From Escherichia coli (GTDB lineage Bacteria > Pseudomonadota > Gammaproteobacteria > Enterobacterales > Enterobacteriaceae), in assembly GCF_041886205.1 (NCBI RefSeq), contig NZ_CP169029.1: 64,000 nt of DNA. One strand, written 5' to 3'. The notes beneath the pieces are model-generated. The model searched no databases. It saw only the letters and a program-made list of their open reading frames with translations, and was not told where the DNA came from. Shown piece after piece: positions 1-10,711 of this stretch. Positions within the stretch are counted from its first letter, which is position 1; every line of letters begins with the position of its first letter. Both the position numbers and the translations under genes were made by a program.

Positions 1-2
1 GT

Positions 3-464
<462 letters not shown>

Positions 465-478
465 TCTCATCACTTATG

Positions 479-510
479 CCCGCACTCCCTTCCCCGAGTG
501 CGGGTGTTTG
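479..510 (+). terminator. Rho-independent terminator after dctA
   Basis: Stem cccgcactc / gagtgcggg followed by tgtttg. Confidence 0.6.
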
Positions 511-529
511 CGCATAATTGACCCCTGTG

Positions 530-566
530 CCTGAACTTACCACCTGGGTGAGTTCAGGTTTATTTC
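530..566 (+). terminator. Second hairpin terminator downstream of dctA
   Basis: Stem cctgaact / agttcagg followed by tttatttc. Confidence 0.5.
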
Positions 567-683
567 ACTTCTTCCGTGACATTTTCATGTTCTTGCGGTC
601 TAACACGAAGTGTTTTTAACGTCATTTAGACTGACCGACAACGGGCAGTTTTTTATTACCAGGATAGTTGATCAGGGGTTCAC

Positions 684-2180
684 ATGCAGGGCACAAAAAT
701 TCGACTTTTAGCGGGCGGTTTGCTGATGATGGCCACTGCTGGCTATGTGCAGGCAGATGCGCTCCAGCCTGATCCAGCATGGCAACAGGGGACGCTTTCC
801 AACGGTTTACAGTGGCAAGTGCTGACCACCCCCCAGCGTCCCAGCGATCGTGTTGAAATTCGCCTGCTGGTTAATACCGGTTCGCTCGCCGAAAGTACAC
901 AACAGAGCGGTTACAGTCACGCCATCCCTCGTATTGCGCTAACGCAAAGCGGTGGCCTTGACGCAGCACAGGCGCGTTCATTGTGGCAGCAGGGGATCGA
1001 CCCTAAACGCCCGATGCCGCCGGTAATTGTCTCTTATGACACCACGCTGTTTAATCTGAGTTTGCCCAATAACCGTAACGATTTGCTGAAAGAGGCGCTC
1101 TCTTATCTGGCAAATGCCACTGGCAAACTGACCATCACACCAGAAACCATCAACCACGCGCTGCAAAGTCAGGACATGGTGGCAACCTGGCCTGCCGATA
1201 CTAAAGAGGGCTGGTGGCGTTATCGTCTGAAAGGATCAACCCTGTTAGGTCACGATCCTGCCGATCCGCTGAAACAACCCGTTGAAGCGGAAAAAATTAA
1301 AGATTTCTATCAGAAATGGTACACCCCGGATGCAATGACGCTGCTGGTGGTGGGAAACGTGGATGCGCGCTCGGTCGTCGACCAAATCAACAAAACGTTT
1401 GGCGAACTGAAAGGCAAACGTGAAACACCGGCTCCGGTGCCGACGCTTTCTCCGCTGCGTGCGGAAGCGGTGAGTATTATGACTGACGCGGTGCGTCAGG
1501 ACCGGTTATCTATCATGTGGGATACGCCGTGGCAGCCGATTCGTGAATCAGCCGCACTGCTGCGCTACTGGCGTGCGGACCTGGCCCGTGAGGCGCTGTT
1601 CTGGCATGTTCAGCAAGCGTTAAGCGCCAGTAACAGTAAAGACATCGGTCTTGGATTTGACTGCCGTGTGCTGTATCTGCGTGCGCAGTGTGCCATCAAC
1701 ATCGAATCACCAAACGACAAGCTGAACAGCAACCTTAATCTGGTGGCGCGTGAACTGGCGAAGGTTCGCGATAAAGGTCTGCCGGAAGAAGAGTTCAATG
1801 CGTTAGTGGCGCAAAAGAAACTGGAGCTGCAGAAACTGTTTGCCGCCTATGCGCGGGCTGATACCGATATTCTGATGGGTCAGCGGATGCGTTCGTTGCA
1901 AAATCAGGTCGTCGATATCGCGCCGGAGCAGTATCAGAAACTGCGGCAGGATTTCCTTAACAGCCTGACGGTGGAGATGTTAAATCAGGATCTGCGTCAG
2001 CAGTTGTCGAATGATATGGCGTTAATACTGCTGCAGCCGAAAGGCGAGCCGGAATTTAACATGAAAGCGTTGCAGGCGGTCTGGGATCAAATCATGGCCC
2101 CATCTACCGCCGCTGCGACCACCTCTGTCGCCACGGATGACGTACATCCTGAAGTGACGGATATTCCACCTGCACAGTAA
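684..2180 (+). CDS. yhjJ: Predicted periplasmic zinc-dependent (M16-like) peptidase YhjJ, 498 aa
   Basis: Full-length ORF with signal-peptide-like N-terminus; recognised as E. coli YhjJ. Confidence 0.88.
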   Translation: MQGTKIRLLAGGLLMMATAGYVQADALQPDPAWQQGTLSNGLQWQVLTTPQRPSDRVEIRLLVNTGSLAESTQQSGYSHAIPRIALTQSGGLDAAQARSLWQQGIDPKRPMPPVIVSYDTTLFNLSLPNNRNDLLKEALSYLANATGKLTITPETINHALQSQDMVATWPADTKEGWWRYRLKGSTLLGHDPADPLKQPVEAEKIKDFYQKWYTPDAMTLLVVGNVDARSVVDQINKTFGELKGKRETPAPVPTLSPLRAEAVSIMTDAVRQDRLSIMWDTPWQPIRESAALLRYWRADLAREALFWHVQQALSASNSKDIGLGFDCRVLYLRAQCAINIESPNDKLNSNLNLVARELAKVRDKGLPEEEFNALVAQKKLELQKLFAAYARADTDILMGQRMRSLQNQVVDIAPEQYQKLRQDFLNSLTVEMLNQDLRQQLSNDMALILLQPKGEPEFNMKALQAVWDQIMAPSTAAATTSVATDDVHPEVTDIPPAQ

Positions 2181-2182
2181 TG

Positions 2183-2214
2183 CCTGATGGTGATGAGTTA
2201 GCACAACCATCAGG
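2183..2214. terminator. Bidirectional hairpin between convergent yhjJ and kdgK
   Basis: Inverted repeat cctgatggt ... accatcagg in the 95-bp convergent spacer. Confidence 0.55.
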
Positions 2215-2275
2215 TATTTATGGATGAGCTGGATAGAGGGGTAACACTTTATCCAGCCTTTTGCATATGCTGCGT

Positions 2276-3205
2276 TTACGCTGGCATCGCCTCACGCGGG
2301 ATAATCGCGCCGCGATACTGAATAACGGTACTTGCGGTCAGGTGCCCACGTTTCGCCGCGTTTTCCGCACTGCCGCCCGTCAAACGTACCGCCAGATAAC
2401 CGGCGCTGAAAGAGTCGCCAGCTGCGGTGGTATCGATCACTTTTTCTTTCGGCAGTTTCGCCGCCGGAACATCCACTAACCCTTCGCCTGCAATGGACAC
2501 CAGGCAAGAATCCGCCCCGCGTTTCACCACCACTTCTTTCACGCCCGCGTTATGGGTGCGCGCAATGACGTCTTCCACCGGCTGTTGACCCCACAGCGCG
2601 TCTTCATCGTCCAGCGTCAGGAAGGCGATATCCGTGCATTCCAGCATTTGTTGGTACACCTGCTGTGTCTCTTCTTTGCTGGCCCACAGGCGCGGACGAT
2701 AGTTATTGTCGAAAATCACTTTTCCGCCGTTGGCGCGGCATTCGCGCAGCAGGGAAAGCAGCTTTTCGCGGCTGGTCGGGCTTAAGATCGCCAGGCTAAT
2801 CCCGCTCAGGTAGAGATAATCGAAATTCGCCAGCTCTTCGCAAATCGCCGCAGACTGCTCACTCTCCAGCCAGAATTTGGCGGCGGCTTCGTTCCGCCAG
2901 TAGTAGAACGTACGTTCGCCGGTGCTGTCGGTTTCAATGTAGTAAAGGCCCGGAAGACGGTTTTCCATCCGTTGGGTCAGGGAAGTATCAACGTTCTCGC
3001 CGTGCCAGGCGTCCAGCATCTGCTGGCTAAAACTGTCCGTTCCCAGCGCCGTTACGTAATGAACGGTTAATGCCGCAGGATCAACCTGACGGGCGATATA
3101 GACGGAAGTGTTCAGGGTATCGCCGCCGAAACCGCGCTTAACGTCCGCGCCTTTCTCGGAAAGCTCAATCATGCATTCGCCAATCACGGCAATCTTTTTG
3201 GACAT
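2276..3205 (-). CDS. kdgK: 2-dehydro-3-deoxygluconokinase KdgK, 309 aa
   Basis: PfkB sugar kinase; start placed at MSKKIAVIGE (ATG at 3203-3205), not at the longer ORF-track start. Confidence 0.9.
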   Translation of the reverse strand: MSKKIAVIGECMIELSEKGADVKRGFGGDTLNTSVYIARQVDPAALTVHYVTALGTDSFSQQMLDAWHGENVDTSLTQRMENRLPGLYYIETDSTGERTFYYWRNEAAAKFWLESEQSAAICEELANFDYLYLSGISLAILSPTSREKLLSLLRECRANGGKVIFDNNYRPRLWASKEETQQVYQQMLECTDIAFLTLDDEDALWGQQPVEDVIARTHNAGVKEVVVKRGADSCLVSIAGEGLVDVPAAKLPKEKVIDTTAAGDSFSAGYLAVRLTGGSAENAAKRGHLTASTVIQYRGAIIPREAMPA

Positions 3206-3272
3206 AGTCGTGAACCTGATCTGTAAAAAATTAGCGTTAGTTTGCGCTGTGGTGGTTTGCTGGTCAACCATA

Positions 3273-3291
3273 TTAAAACAGTGTTCCATTA
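3273..3291 (-). promoter_or_regulatory. Candidate KdgR operator upstream of kdgK
   Basis: taatggaacactgttttaa on the kdgK strand resembles the KdgR box AATGAAACA-N-TGTTTCATT with two mismatches. Confidence 0.4.
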
Positions 3292-3361
3292 TTTTTTTGA
3301 GCCAGGACGTATTCCTGAAAGATTCCGTTGTGGAGTGAGGAAATTTACCCCGGCCAGGCGG

Positions 3362-3388
3362 TAAAGTTCTGCCCTTACGCGCCGATAA
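3362..3388 (+). promoter_or_regulatory. Sigma-28 (FliA) class 3 flagellar promoter for pdeH
   Basis: TAAAGTTC - 11 nt - GCCGATAA, near-perfect match to the sigma-28 consensus, about 50 bp upstream of the pdeH ATG. Confidence 0.8.
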
Positions 3389-3436
3389 TCTTTGTCGAGT
3401 CCGGGCAGCATCACTTTTAAACACAGGACATCTTTG

Positions 3437-4204
3437 ATGATAAGGCAGGTTATCCAGCGAATAAGCAACCCTGAAGCAAGCATCGAGAGCTTGCAGGAAC
3501 GGCGTTTTTGGTTGCAGTGTGAGCGTGCTTACACCTGGCAGCCGATCTATCAAACATGCGGGCGGTTAATGGCCGTGGAGCTATTAACGGTGGTCACGCA
3601 TCCCTTGAACCCTTCGCAACGCCTGCCGCCGGATCGCTATTTTACTGAAATCACCGTCAGCCATCGGATGGAGGTTGTGAAAGAGCAGATTGATTTGTTG
3701 GCGCAAAAAGCCGACTTCTTTATAGAGCACGGCCTGCTGGCATCGGTCAATATTGATGGCCCTACGCTCATCGCCCTGCGTCAGCAACCAAAAATCCTGC
3801 GCCAGATTGAGCGTCTTCCCTGGCTGCGTTTCGAACTGGTGGAGCATATCCGTCTGCCGAAAGATTCAACCTTTGCCTCGATGTGTGAATTTGGCCCGCT
3901 GTGGCTGGATGATTTTGGTACCGGGATGGCAAATTTCTCTGCACTAAGTGAAGTGCGTTATGACTACATCAAAATCGCGCGAGAACTGTTTGTGATGCTG
4001 CGTCAGTCGCCGGAAGGACGCACACTCTTTTCTCAGCTTTTACATCTAATGAATCGCTATTGTCGCGGGGTGATTGTTGAGGGCGTAGAAACGCCGGAAG
4101 AGTGGCGTGATGTACAGAACTCGCCCGCATTCGCCGCACAAGGCTGGTTTCTTTCACGCCCGGCACCGATAGAAACGCTGAATACGGCGGTTCTGGCGCT
4201 ATAA
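3437..4204 (+). CDS. pdeH: c-di-GMP phosphodiesterase PdeH (YhjH), EAL domain, 255 aa
   Basis: ORF matches YhjH; start at MIRQVIQR. Confidence 0.9.
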   Translation: MIRQVIQRISNPEASIESLQERRFWLQCERAYTWQPIYQTCGRLMAVELLTVVTHPLNPSQRLPPDRYFTEITVSHRMEVVKEQIDLLAQKADFFIEHGLLASVNIDGPTLIALRQQPKILRQIERLPWLRFELVEHIRLPKDSTFASMCEFGPLWLDDFGTGMANFSALSEVRYDYIKIARELFVMLRQSPEGRTLFSQLLHLMNRYCRGVIVEGVETPEEWRDVQNSPAFAAQGWFLSRPAPIETLNTAVLAL

Positions 4205-4273
4205 GCTGCCTCATTTTCCGCCTGGCTGGACTATCTTTAGGACTGGCACAGGAAGAATATGAGGAAGCGAACG

Positions 4274-6334
4274 ATGAGCAAGGCAGGCAAAATAACCGCT
4301 GCGATTTCAGGGGCTTTCTTGTTGTTGATTGTCGTGGCGATCATTTTGATTGCAACTTTTGACTGGAATCGACTCAAACCGACCATCAACCAGAAAGTCT
4401 CTGCGGAGTTGAATCGTCCGTTCGCTATCCGTGGCGATCTGGGCGTGGTGTGGGAGCGGCAAAAACAAGAAACTGGCTGGCGCAGCTGGGTGCCGTGGCC
4501 TCATGTACATGCAGAAGACATCATTCTTGGCAATCCACCGGATATTCCCGAAGTCACGATGGTGCATTTGCCGCGAGTAGAGGCAACGCTGGCACCGCTG
4601 GCGCTGCTGACCAAAACGGTCTGGCTGCCGTGGATCAAGCTCGAAAAGCCCGACGCGCGCCTGATTCGCCTCTCCGAAAAGAACAATAACTGGACGTTTA
4701 ATCTCGCCAACGATGATAACAAAGACGCGAATGCAAAGCCGTCGGCATGGTCGTTTCGGCTGGATAATATTCTGTTCGATCAAGGGCGGATCGCCATTGA
4801 TGACAAAGTAAGCAAAGCGGATCTGGAAATTTTTGTCGATCCGTTAGGCAAGCCGCTGCCGTTCAGCGAAGTTACTGGATCGAAAGGTAAAGCGGATAAA
4901 GAAAAGGTGGGCGATTACGTTTTTGGCCTGAAGGCGCAGGGACGTTATAACGGTGAACCGCTCACGGGTAAGGGGAAAATTGGCGGTATGCTGGCGCTGC
5001 GTGGCGAAGGGACGCCGTTTCCGGTACAGGCTGATTTCCGTTCAGGTAATACCCGTGTTGCTTTTGATGGCGTCGTGAATGACCCAATGAAGATGGGCGG
5101 TGTCGATTTACGGCTTAAATTTTCTGGCGATTCACTGGGTGATCTCTATGAACTGACGGGCGTTCTGCTGCCCGATACCCCGCCGTTTGAAACGGATGGT
5201 CGGCTGGTAGCGAAAATCGACACTGAAAAATCGTCGGTCTTTGATTATCGCGGTTTTAATGGGCGAATTGGCGATAGCGATATCCACGGTTCTCTGGTCT
5301 ACACCACCGGAAAGCCACGACCAAAACTGGAAGGTGATGTCGAGTCGCGGCAATTGCTGCTAGCGGACCTGGGACCGTTGATTGGCGTTGATTCCGGGAA
5401 AGGGGCAGAAAAGTCGAAACGGTCTGAACAGAAGAAGGGCGAAAAAAGCGTTCAGCCTGCGGGCAAAGTGCTGCCTTATGACCGCTTCGAAACCGATAAA
5501 TGGGATGTCATGGATGCCGATGTTCGCTTCAAAGGGCGGCGCATTGAGCATGGCAGTAGCCTGCCGATTAGCGATCTTTCTACTCATATCATCCTCAAAA
5601 ATGCTGACCTGCGCCTGCAACCGCTGAAATTTGGCATGGCGGGCGGCAGCATTGCGGCGAATATTCATCTGGAAGGCGATAAAAAGCCGATGCAGGGGCG
5701 GGCAGATATTCAGGCTCGTCGACTGAAACTGAAAGAACTGATGCCCGATGTGGAACTGATGCAGAAGACGCTGGGGGAAATGAACGGTGACGCGGAACTA
5801 CGCGGTAGCGGTAACTCGGTGGCGGCACTTTTAGGCAACAGTAACGGCAACCTGAAACTGTTGATGAATGACGGGCTGGTGAGCCGCAACCTGATGGAGA
5901 TTGTTGGGCTGAATGTCGGCAACTACATTGTCGGTGCGATATTTGGTGATGATGAGGTGCGGGTGAACTGCGCGGCGGCGAATCTTGATATTGCCAACGG
6001 CGTGGCGCGCCCGCAGATCTTTGCTTTCGATACGGAGAACGCGTTGATTAACGTTACCGGCACGGCAAGTTTTGCTTCGGAACAGCTGGATTTGACTATT
6101 GATCCGGAGAGTAAAGGGATTCGGATTATCACACTGCGTTCGCCGCTGTATGTGCGGGGGACGTTTAAAAATCCGGAGGCTGGGGTGAAAGCCGGACCGC
6201 TGATTGCCCGTGGTGCTGTTGCTGCGGCACTGGCAACGCTGGTAACACCGGCGGCGGCGTTACTGGCGCTGATCTCACCTTCCGAAGGGGAGGCTAATCA
6301 GTGTCGGACGATATTGTCGCAGATGAAGAAGTGA
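4274..6334 (+). CDS. yhjG: AsmA-family inner membrane protein YhjG, 686 aa
   Basis: ORF translation; start at MSKAGKIT with GAGGAAG Shine-Dalgarno 6 nt upstream. Confidence 0.85.
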   Translation: MSKAGKITAAISGAFLLLIVVAIILIATFDWNRLKPTINQKVSAELNRPFAIRGDLGVVWERQKQETGWRSWVPWPHVHAEDIILGNPPDIPEVTMVHLPRVEATLAPLALLTKTVWLPWIKLEKPDARLIRLSEKNNNWTFNLANDDNKDANAKPSAWSFRLDNILFDQGRIAIDDKVSKADLEIFVDPLGKPLPFSEVTGSKGKADKEKVGDYVFGLKAQGRYNGEPLTGKGKIGGMLALRGEGTPFPVQADFRSGNTRVAFDGVVNDPMKMGGVDLRLKFSGDSLGDLYELTGVLLPDTPPFETDGRLVAKIDTEKSSVFDYRGFNGRIGDSDIHGSLVYTTGKPRPKLEGDVESRQLLLADLGPLIGVDSGKGAEKSKRSEQKKGEKSVQPAGKVLPYDRFETDKWDVMDADVRFKGRRIEHGSSLPISDLSTHIILKNADLRLQPLKFGMAGGSIAANIHLEGDKKPMQGRADIQARRLKLKELMPDVELMQKTLGEMNGDAELRGSGNSVAALLGNSNGNLKLLMNDGLVSRNLMEIVGLNVGNYIVGAIFGDDEVRVNCAAANLDIANGVARPQIFAFDTENALINVTGTASFASEQLDLTIDPESKGIRIITLRSPLYVRGTFKNPEAGVKAGPLIARGAVAAALATLVTPAAALLALISPSEGEANQCRTILSQMKK

Positions 6335-6403
6335 TGATAATTGCCGGATGTCTGACATCCGGCAATTAAACAGATTTAGATTGTTGGCAAAGTGTGCTTT
6401 GTT

Positions 6404-6503
6404 CATGCCGGATGCGGCGTGAACGCCTTATCCGGCCTACAAATCCTTGCGAATTCAATATATTGTATGGAAGTTCAGGCCTGATAAGCGTAGCGCATCA
6501 GGC
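6404..6503. repeat. REP (repetitive extragenic palindrome) cluster between yhjG and yhjE, preceded by a 12-bp-stem hairpin at about 6341-6365
   Basis: gccggatgcggcgtgaacgccttatccggcctac and gcctgataagcgtagcgcatcaggc REP-type palindromes. Confidence 0.7.
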
Positions 6504-6515
6504 TTTTCACTCTTA

Positions 6516-7838
6516 TTACAACGACTGATGTCGCGTCTCATGGGTCAGCAGCAGGGCGATTAACGTCAAGCCAGCCATCGCCGCCAGATATAACCCCACC
6601 GCACCTAACCCGTAGTTAGTCTGCAACCAGGCTGCGATATACGGCGCAACGGAAGCCCCGAGAATCGACGCTACGTTGTAAGAGAACGATGCTCCGGTGT
6701 AACGCACTTCTGTCGGAAACAGCTCTGGTAACAGCGCACCCATCGGCCCGAAGGTCAGCCCCATTAGACTTAACCCCAGCAGCAAGAAGGCAAAAACCAG
6801 AATCGGGTTGCCAGAACCGAGCAGCGGGTTAAAGGCGAACAGCGCGAACAGGATGATCAGCGTGGTGATGATTACCATGCTTTTACGGCGACCAAAGGCA
6901 TCAGCCAGTAATCCGGCGACTGGCACCATCACGCCAAAACCAATAACTGCCATCATCAGCATCCACAACACTTCGTTACGCGGCAGGCCAAGCCCAACTG
7001 GCGCGGCGGCGGTACTGAAGGTCATAGAGTAGACCGTCATGATGTAAAACAGCGTATAGGTTGCCAGCATAATGAACGTACCCAGTACGGTTACGCGAAC
7101 ATGTTTGGTCAGCAGCGTACCCAGCGGGATCTTCACCTGTTTTTTCGCTTTAGCGACTTTCTCAAACACCGGCGACTCATGCAGCGACACGCGAACATAC
7201 AGGCCGATAATGACCAGCACCGCCGAGAAGATAAATGGCACACGCCAGCCCCAGCTCATAAACTGCTCATCGGTCAGTAGCCAGGAAAGCAGCAAGAAAG
7301 TGCCGTTGGCAAAGAAGAAGCCAATCGGTGCGCCCAGCTGTGGGAAGGAGCCATACAGTGCACGTTTGCGCGGTGGGGCGTTTTCAGTCGCCAGCAGCGC
7401 CGCGCCGCCCCATTCACCGCCTAAGCCCAGACCCTGACCAAATCGAGCCAGCGCCAGCAGCAGCGGGGCGAAAATACCAATCGTGGCATAGCCCGGCAGC
7501 AGACCAATCACCACGGTCGAAATCCCCATCGTTAGCAACGAGGCGACCAGCGTCGCTTTACGCCCAACGCGATCGCCAAAATGACCAAAAACGGCAGAGC
7601 CAATGGGGCGCGCGACGAAGGCGATGGCGAAGGTGGCGAGCGACTGTAGCGTTGCTGCCGTTGGATCGCCCTGCGGGAAGAAGATATGCGGAAACACAAT
7701 AACGGCCGCAGTGGCGTAAATGTAAAAGTCGAAGAACTCAATGGCCGTGCCAATGAGAGAGGCGACAAGGACTTTATTACGCGAGTTGATCGGCGTGTAT
7801 TCTTGCTCGTGGTCGAGTGTTGTGGCTGTTGCTTGCAT
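6516..7838 (-). CDS. yhjE: MFS transporter YhjE, 440 aa
   Basis: 12-TM MFS-like ORF matching YhjE. Confidence 0.9.
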   Translation of the reverse strand: MQATATTLDHEQEYTPINSRNKVLVASLIGTAIEFFDFYIYATAAVIVFPHIFFPQGDPTAATLQSLATFAIAFVARPIGSAVFGHFGDRVGRKATLVASLLTMGISTVVIGLLPGYATIGIFAPLLLALARFGQGLGLGGEWGGAALLATENAPPRKRALYGSFPQLGAPIGFFFANGTFLLLSWLLTDEQFMSWGWRVPFIFSAVLVIIGLYVRVSLHESPVFEKVAKAKKQVKIPLGTLLTKHVRVTVLGTFIMLATYTLFYIMTVYSMTFSTAAAPVGLGLPRNEVLWMLMMAVIGFGVMVPVAGLLADAFGRRKSMVIITTLIILFALFAFNPLLGSGNPILVFAFLLLGLSLMGLTFGPMGALLPELFPTEVRYTGASFSYNVASILGASVAPYIAAWLQTNYGLGAVGLYLAAMAGLTLIALLLTHETRHQSL

Positions 7839-8149
7839 AATCTTTTCTTATTTTTTGGCTAACGAATAGCCATATTACGCACAGCAAAAGTGATATTTCA
7901 ATGTGTAACAAATCGCGGAAATGGTCAAAAATAAGGCAAAAAGGGGATAATGTTTAGGCCAGTGATTTTTCTTCTATGAAATGCTTCACATAATTTTATA
8001 AATAGTGGATAAAACTGGTTTCAGGTTAAATAAAAGTTACCAACTGGATTTATATGCTGGGGTTATGAGTTGGTATGAAATTGTTTGCTCCCAAATAGAT
8101 GGCTGAAGAGGCTCTGGGGAAGAGTTTCAAGAGGTTATGTGCGCATTAT

Positions 8150-8229
8150 AGCCGGATGCGATGCTGGCGCATCTTATCCGGCCTACGGGGAGCCAGGCCG
8201 AATAAATTCGTACGCCGCATCCGGCCTAT
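8150..8229. repeat. REP cluster between yhjE and yhjD
   Basis: gccggatgcgatgctggcgcatcttatccggcctac and gtacgccgcatccggcctat palindromes. Confidence 0.7.
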
Positions 8230-8230
8230 T

Positions 8231-9244
8231 TTAAGGCTGCGTTTTCCCCGGCATTCGCGGGTCGTCTTTATATTCGGCGGTGGCAATCCACGCCGCGCAA
8301 AACAGCGTCAAACGGGCGAAGAAGTAGAAAAATGCCATCAGCCCCAGCACGGAACCAAATGCTGCGCCAGAGGGGGATTTCATCAGCGATGGCAGGGTGT
8401 AGGTCATCACGATTTTAATCACTTCAAAACCAATAGCAGCCAGAAATGTTCCGCGAATCAGGGCTTTTTTGCGCGGACGGTGGCGCGGCAACCGCCAGAA
8501 GATCCAGAAGAAAAGCAGATAGTTGGCGAAGATGGAAATCGCCAGGCCAATCAATCGCCACGTCGGTTTCAGCCACTCAATGCTGTTCAGGTGCAGGGCG
8601 CTAATAATCATTTGCTGCGCCGAACCGGCAACCGAGGTGATCGAAAGCGTCACAATCAGCGCAATCAACAAACCAATCAGCGAAATAAAATCACGCAGAT
8701 ATTTTACCCAGAACTTCTCCTGATCTTGCGGCGAGCGTTCCCAGACATCGCGCGACTGGGCGCGAATCGCTTCACGCAGGTTACCCATCCAGTTGATGCC
8801 AGAATAAAGCGCCACCGCCAGGCCGACAAGCCCTACAGTCGTACGCTGCTGAACGGCGGTGTTGATGGTGTTTTTCAACGTGGCGGCTAGTGTCGGATCG
8901 CTGATGTTTTGCAGAATTTTGTCGAAGATATCCTGTAGCAACATCGGATGGGAGGCCAGCACAAAGCCCCCTGCGGCAAACGACACCATCAAAATCGGGA
9001 TCATCGACAAAAATGAGAAATAGGTGATAGCCGCACCAAACTGGTTACCCAGCCGATCGTTAAAGCGTTCTGTCGCGCGAATAAGGTGCGCAATAACCGG
9101 TTGGCGTTGGACTTTTTCGGCAGTGGTGGTGACGGTTCCCAGCGCCTGGCTAACTTTGCCGCCTTTCTCGCTATTATCCAACTGCTTAATCGGCTCGTGC
9201 TCCAGATCCTGGGTGGGACGTTTGATCTCGTTTTCCTGCGTCAT
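8231..9244 (-). CDS. yhjD: Inner membrane protein YhjD, 337 aa
   Basis: ORF translation matches YhjD. Confidence 0.88.
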   Translation of the reverse strand: MTQENEIKRPTQDLEHEPIKQLDNSEKGGKVSQALGTVTTTAEKVQRQPVIAHLIRATERFNDRLGNQFGAAITYFSFLSMIPILMVSFAAGGFVLASHPMLLQDIFDKILQNISDPTLAATLKNTINTAVQQRTTVGLVGLAVALYSGINWMGNLREAIRAQSRDVWERSPQDQEKFWVKYLRDFISLIGLLIALIVTLSITSVAGSAQQMIISALHLNSIEWLKPTWRLIGLAISIFANYLLFFWIFWRLPRHRPRKKALIRGTFLAAIGFEVIKIVMTYTLPSLMKSPSGAAFGSVLGLMAFFYFFARLTLFCAAWIATAEYKDDPRMPGKTQP

Positions 9245-9292
9245 CCGCTCTTTTGTCCTTCTGTCGTGGTCATTCTTAAAAAGTATAGTCGG

Positions 9293-10192
9293 TCAGTCCA
9301 GGTGCTCTTTCATTACGCCAGCCAGCCACTGCATAAACAGGTTTACACGCCGGGAAAGCTCCCGACGCTGCGGGTAAACCAGCGAAAGGGAGAGCGGCTC
9401 GGCACGGTAGCCTGGCAACACTTCAATAAGCCGCCCGGCACGCAGGGCTTCGCGCACGGCAATGCGCGGGATCTGAATAATCCCCAGACCGGCAAGACCG
9501 GCGGCGAGATAGTTTTCGCTACTGTTTACCGTCAACATGCCGCCAGACTTAAACCACTGGACGCCATTAACGCTGGCAACCTCAAAACCTAACGGATGTA
9601 CACCCAGGTGCGGTGTATAACGCACTATTGCGTGTGAAGTCAGATCATCGGGGCTTTGCGGATAACCAAAGCGCGTCAGATAGTGCGGACTGGCACAGTT
9701 GACCATGGTCAGTTTGCCGAGGGGACGGGCGATAACGCCATCTTCCGGTAACGCGCCAGTGCGTATCACGCAATCAAAACCATCATGAAGAATATCTACC
9801 GGACGGTCATGGCTACTCAGTTCCAGCTCAATTCCCGGATGCAGATAGAGAAATTCCGACAGGCGCGGCAGTAACAGGCTTTTTGCGATTCCTGGCGGGA
9901 TGTCGATGCGTAATTTACCGCTGATACTGGTGGCATCCTGTTGAAACAGACCGTCCAGTTCGTTGAGATTACTCAACACATCTTTTGCCCGTTGATAATA
10001 GGTCATGCCTTCTGGCGTGAGTTTGACCCGTCGCGTGGTGCGCTGGAGAAGCTGGGTGCCAAGTTGATGTTCCAGTGCCTGTATCTGGCGCGAAACACTT
10101 CCCTTTGGCAAAGCAAAGAAATCCGCTGCGCGGGAAAAACTTTCCAGCTCCGCGACTTTGATGAACAACTGCATTGCGTGAATTTTATCCAT
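9293..10192 (-). CDS. yhjC: LysR-family transcriptional regulator YhjC, 299 aa
   Basis: N-terminal HTH plus LysR substrate-binding domain; start chosen at MDKIHAMQLF. Confidence 0.8.
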   Translation of the reverse strand: MDKIHAMQLFIKVAELESFSRAADFFALPKGSVSRQIQALEHQLGTQLLQRTTRRVKLTPEGMTYYQRAKDVLSNLNELDGLFQQDATSISGKLRIDIPPGIAKSLLLPRLSEFLYLHPGIELELSSHDRPVDILHDGFDCVIRTGALPEDGVIARPLGKLTMVNCASPHYLTRFGYPQSPDDLTSHAIVRYTPHLGVHPLGFEVASVNGVQWFKSGGMLTVNSSENYLAAGLAGLGIIQIPRIAVREALRAGRLIEVLPGYRAEPLSLSLVYPQRRELSRRVNLFMQWLAGVMKEHLD

Positions 10193-10711
10193 TTCTTTGA
10201 CCGATTGTTGTTCACAGCGAAACAGTAACGCGCATATCGCATTGTTTATTGTTTTTTCTAACATCTGATGCCGGGTTTCACAATGTTGTCATGACGAATG
10301 TGGCGATTTCTCAGCAGGAAAAGGGCGGAATAGCTTTCTGAGAAAGGTGAATCCCCTTAAACAGAGCGTATTTTTCAGCGATTCCCTTTAAAGTGAATAG
10401 AAGACGTATTGGCTATTTGTGCTTATTTTTGTCTCATTGCCGTTTGTTATTTTGGCTTGTGGTCGCGGAATTTGATTTTTAATTGCATGCGTACTAACCA
10501 CCAATATAAGGAAATCCTCAAAATTGTTTTAAATAGTGCCCTCGACATGTAATTTCAGGCGTTTAGCTGTAACTATTTATATCGGTAACTATTTTCTACG
10601 CGTCATCTCTGTAGAATGGCCACCGCCAAATGGCGAATTCTTATTTTTTCTCGCGGGTAATACCCTTCCACTACTTAAGTCTTTTTAACGTATTCAGGTG
10701 GAGATTCAGTT

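Noticed and set aside
3206-3553. N-terminal extension of the kdgK ORF to 425 aa in the ORF track
   Set aside because: The extension runs through the divergent pdeH promoter and overlaps the pdeH start; homology and length (309 aa) place the true start at 3205.
8099-8890. 263-aa plus-strand ORF overlapping yhjD and the REP cluster
   Set aside because: Begins inside REP palindromes and is antisense to yhjD; Arg-rich low-complexity translation.
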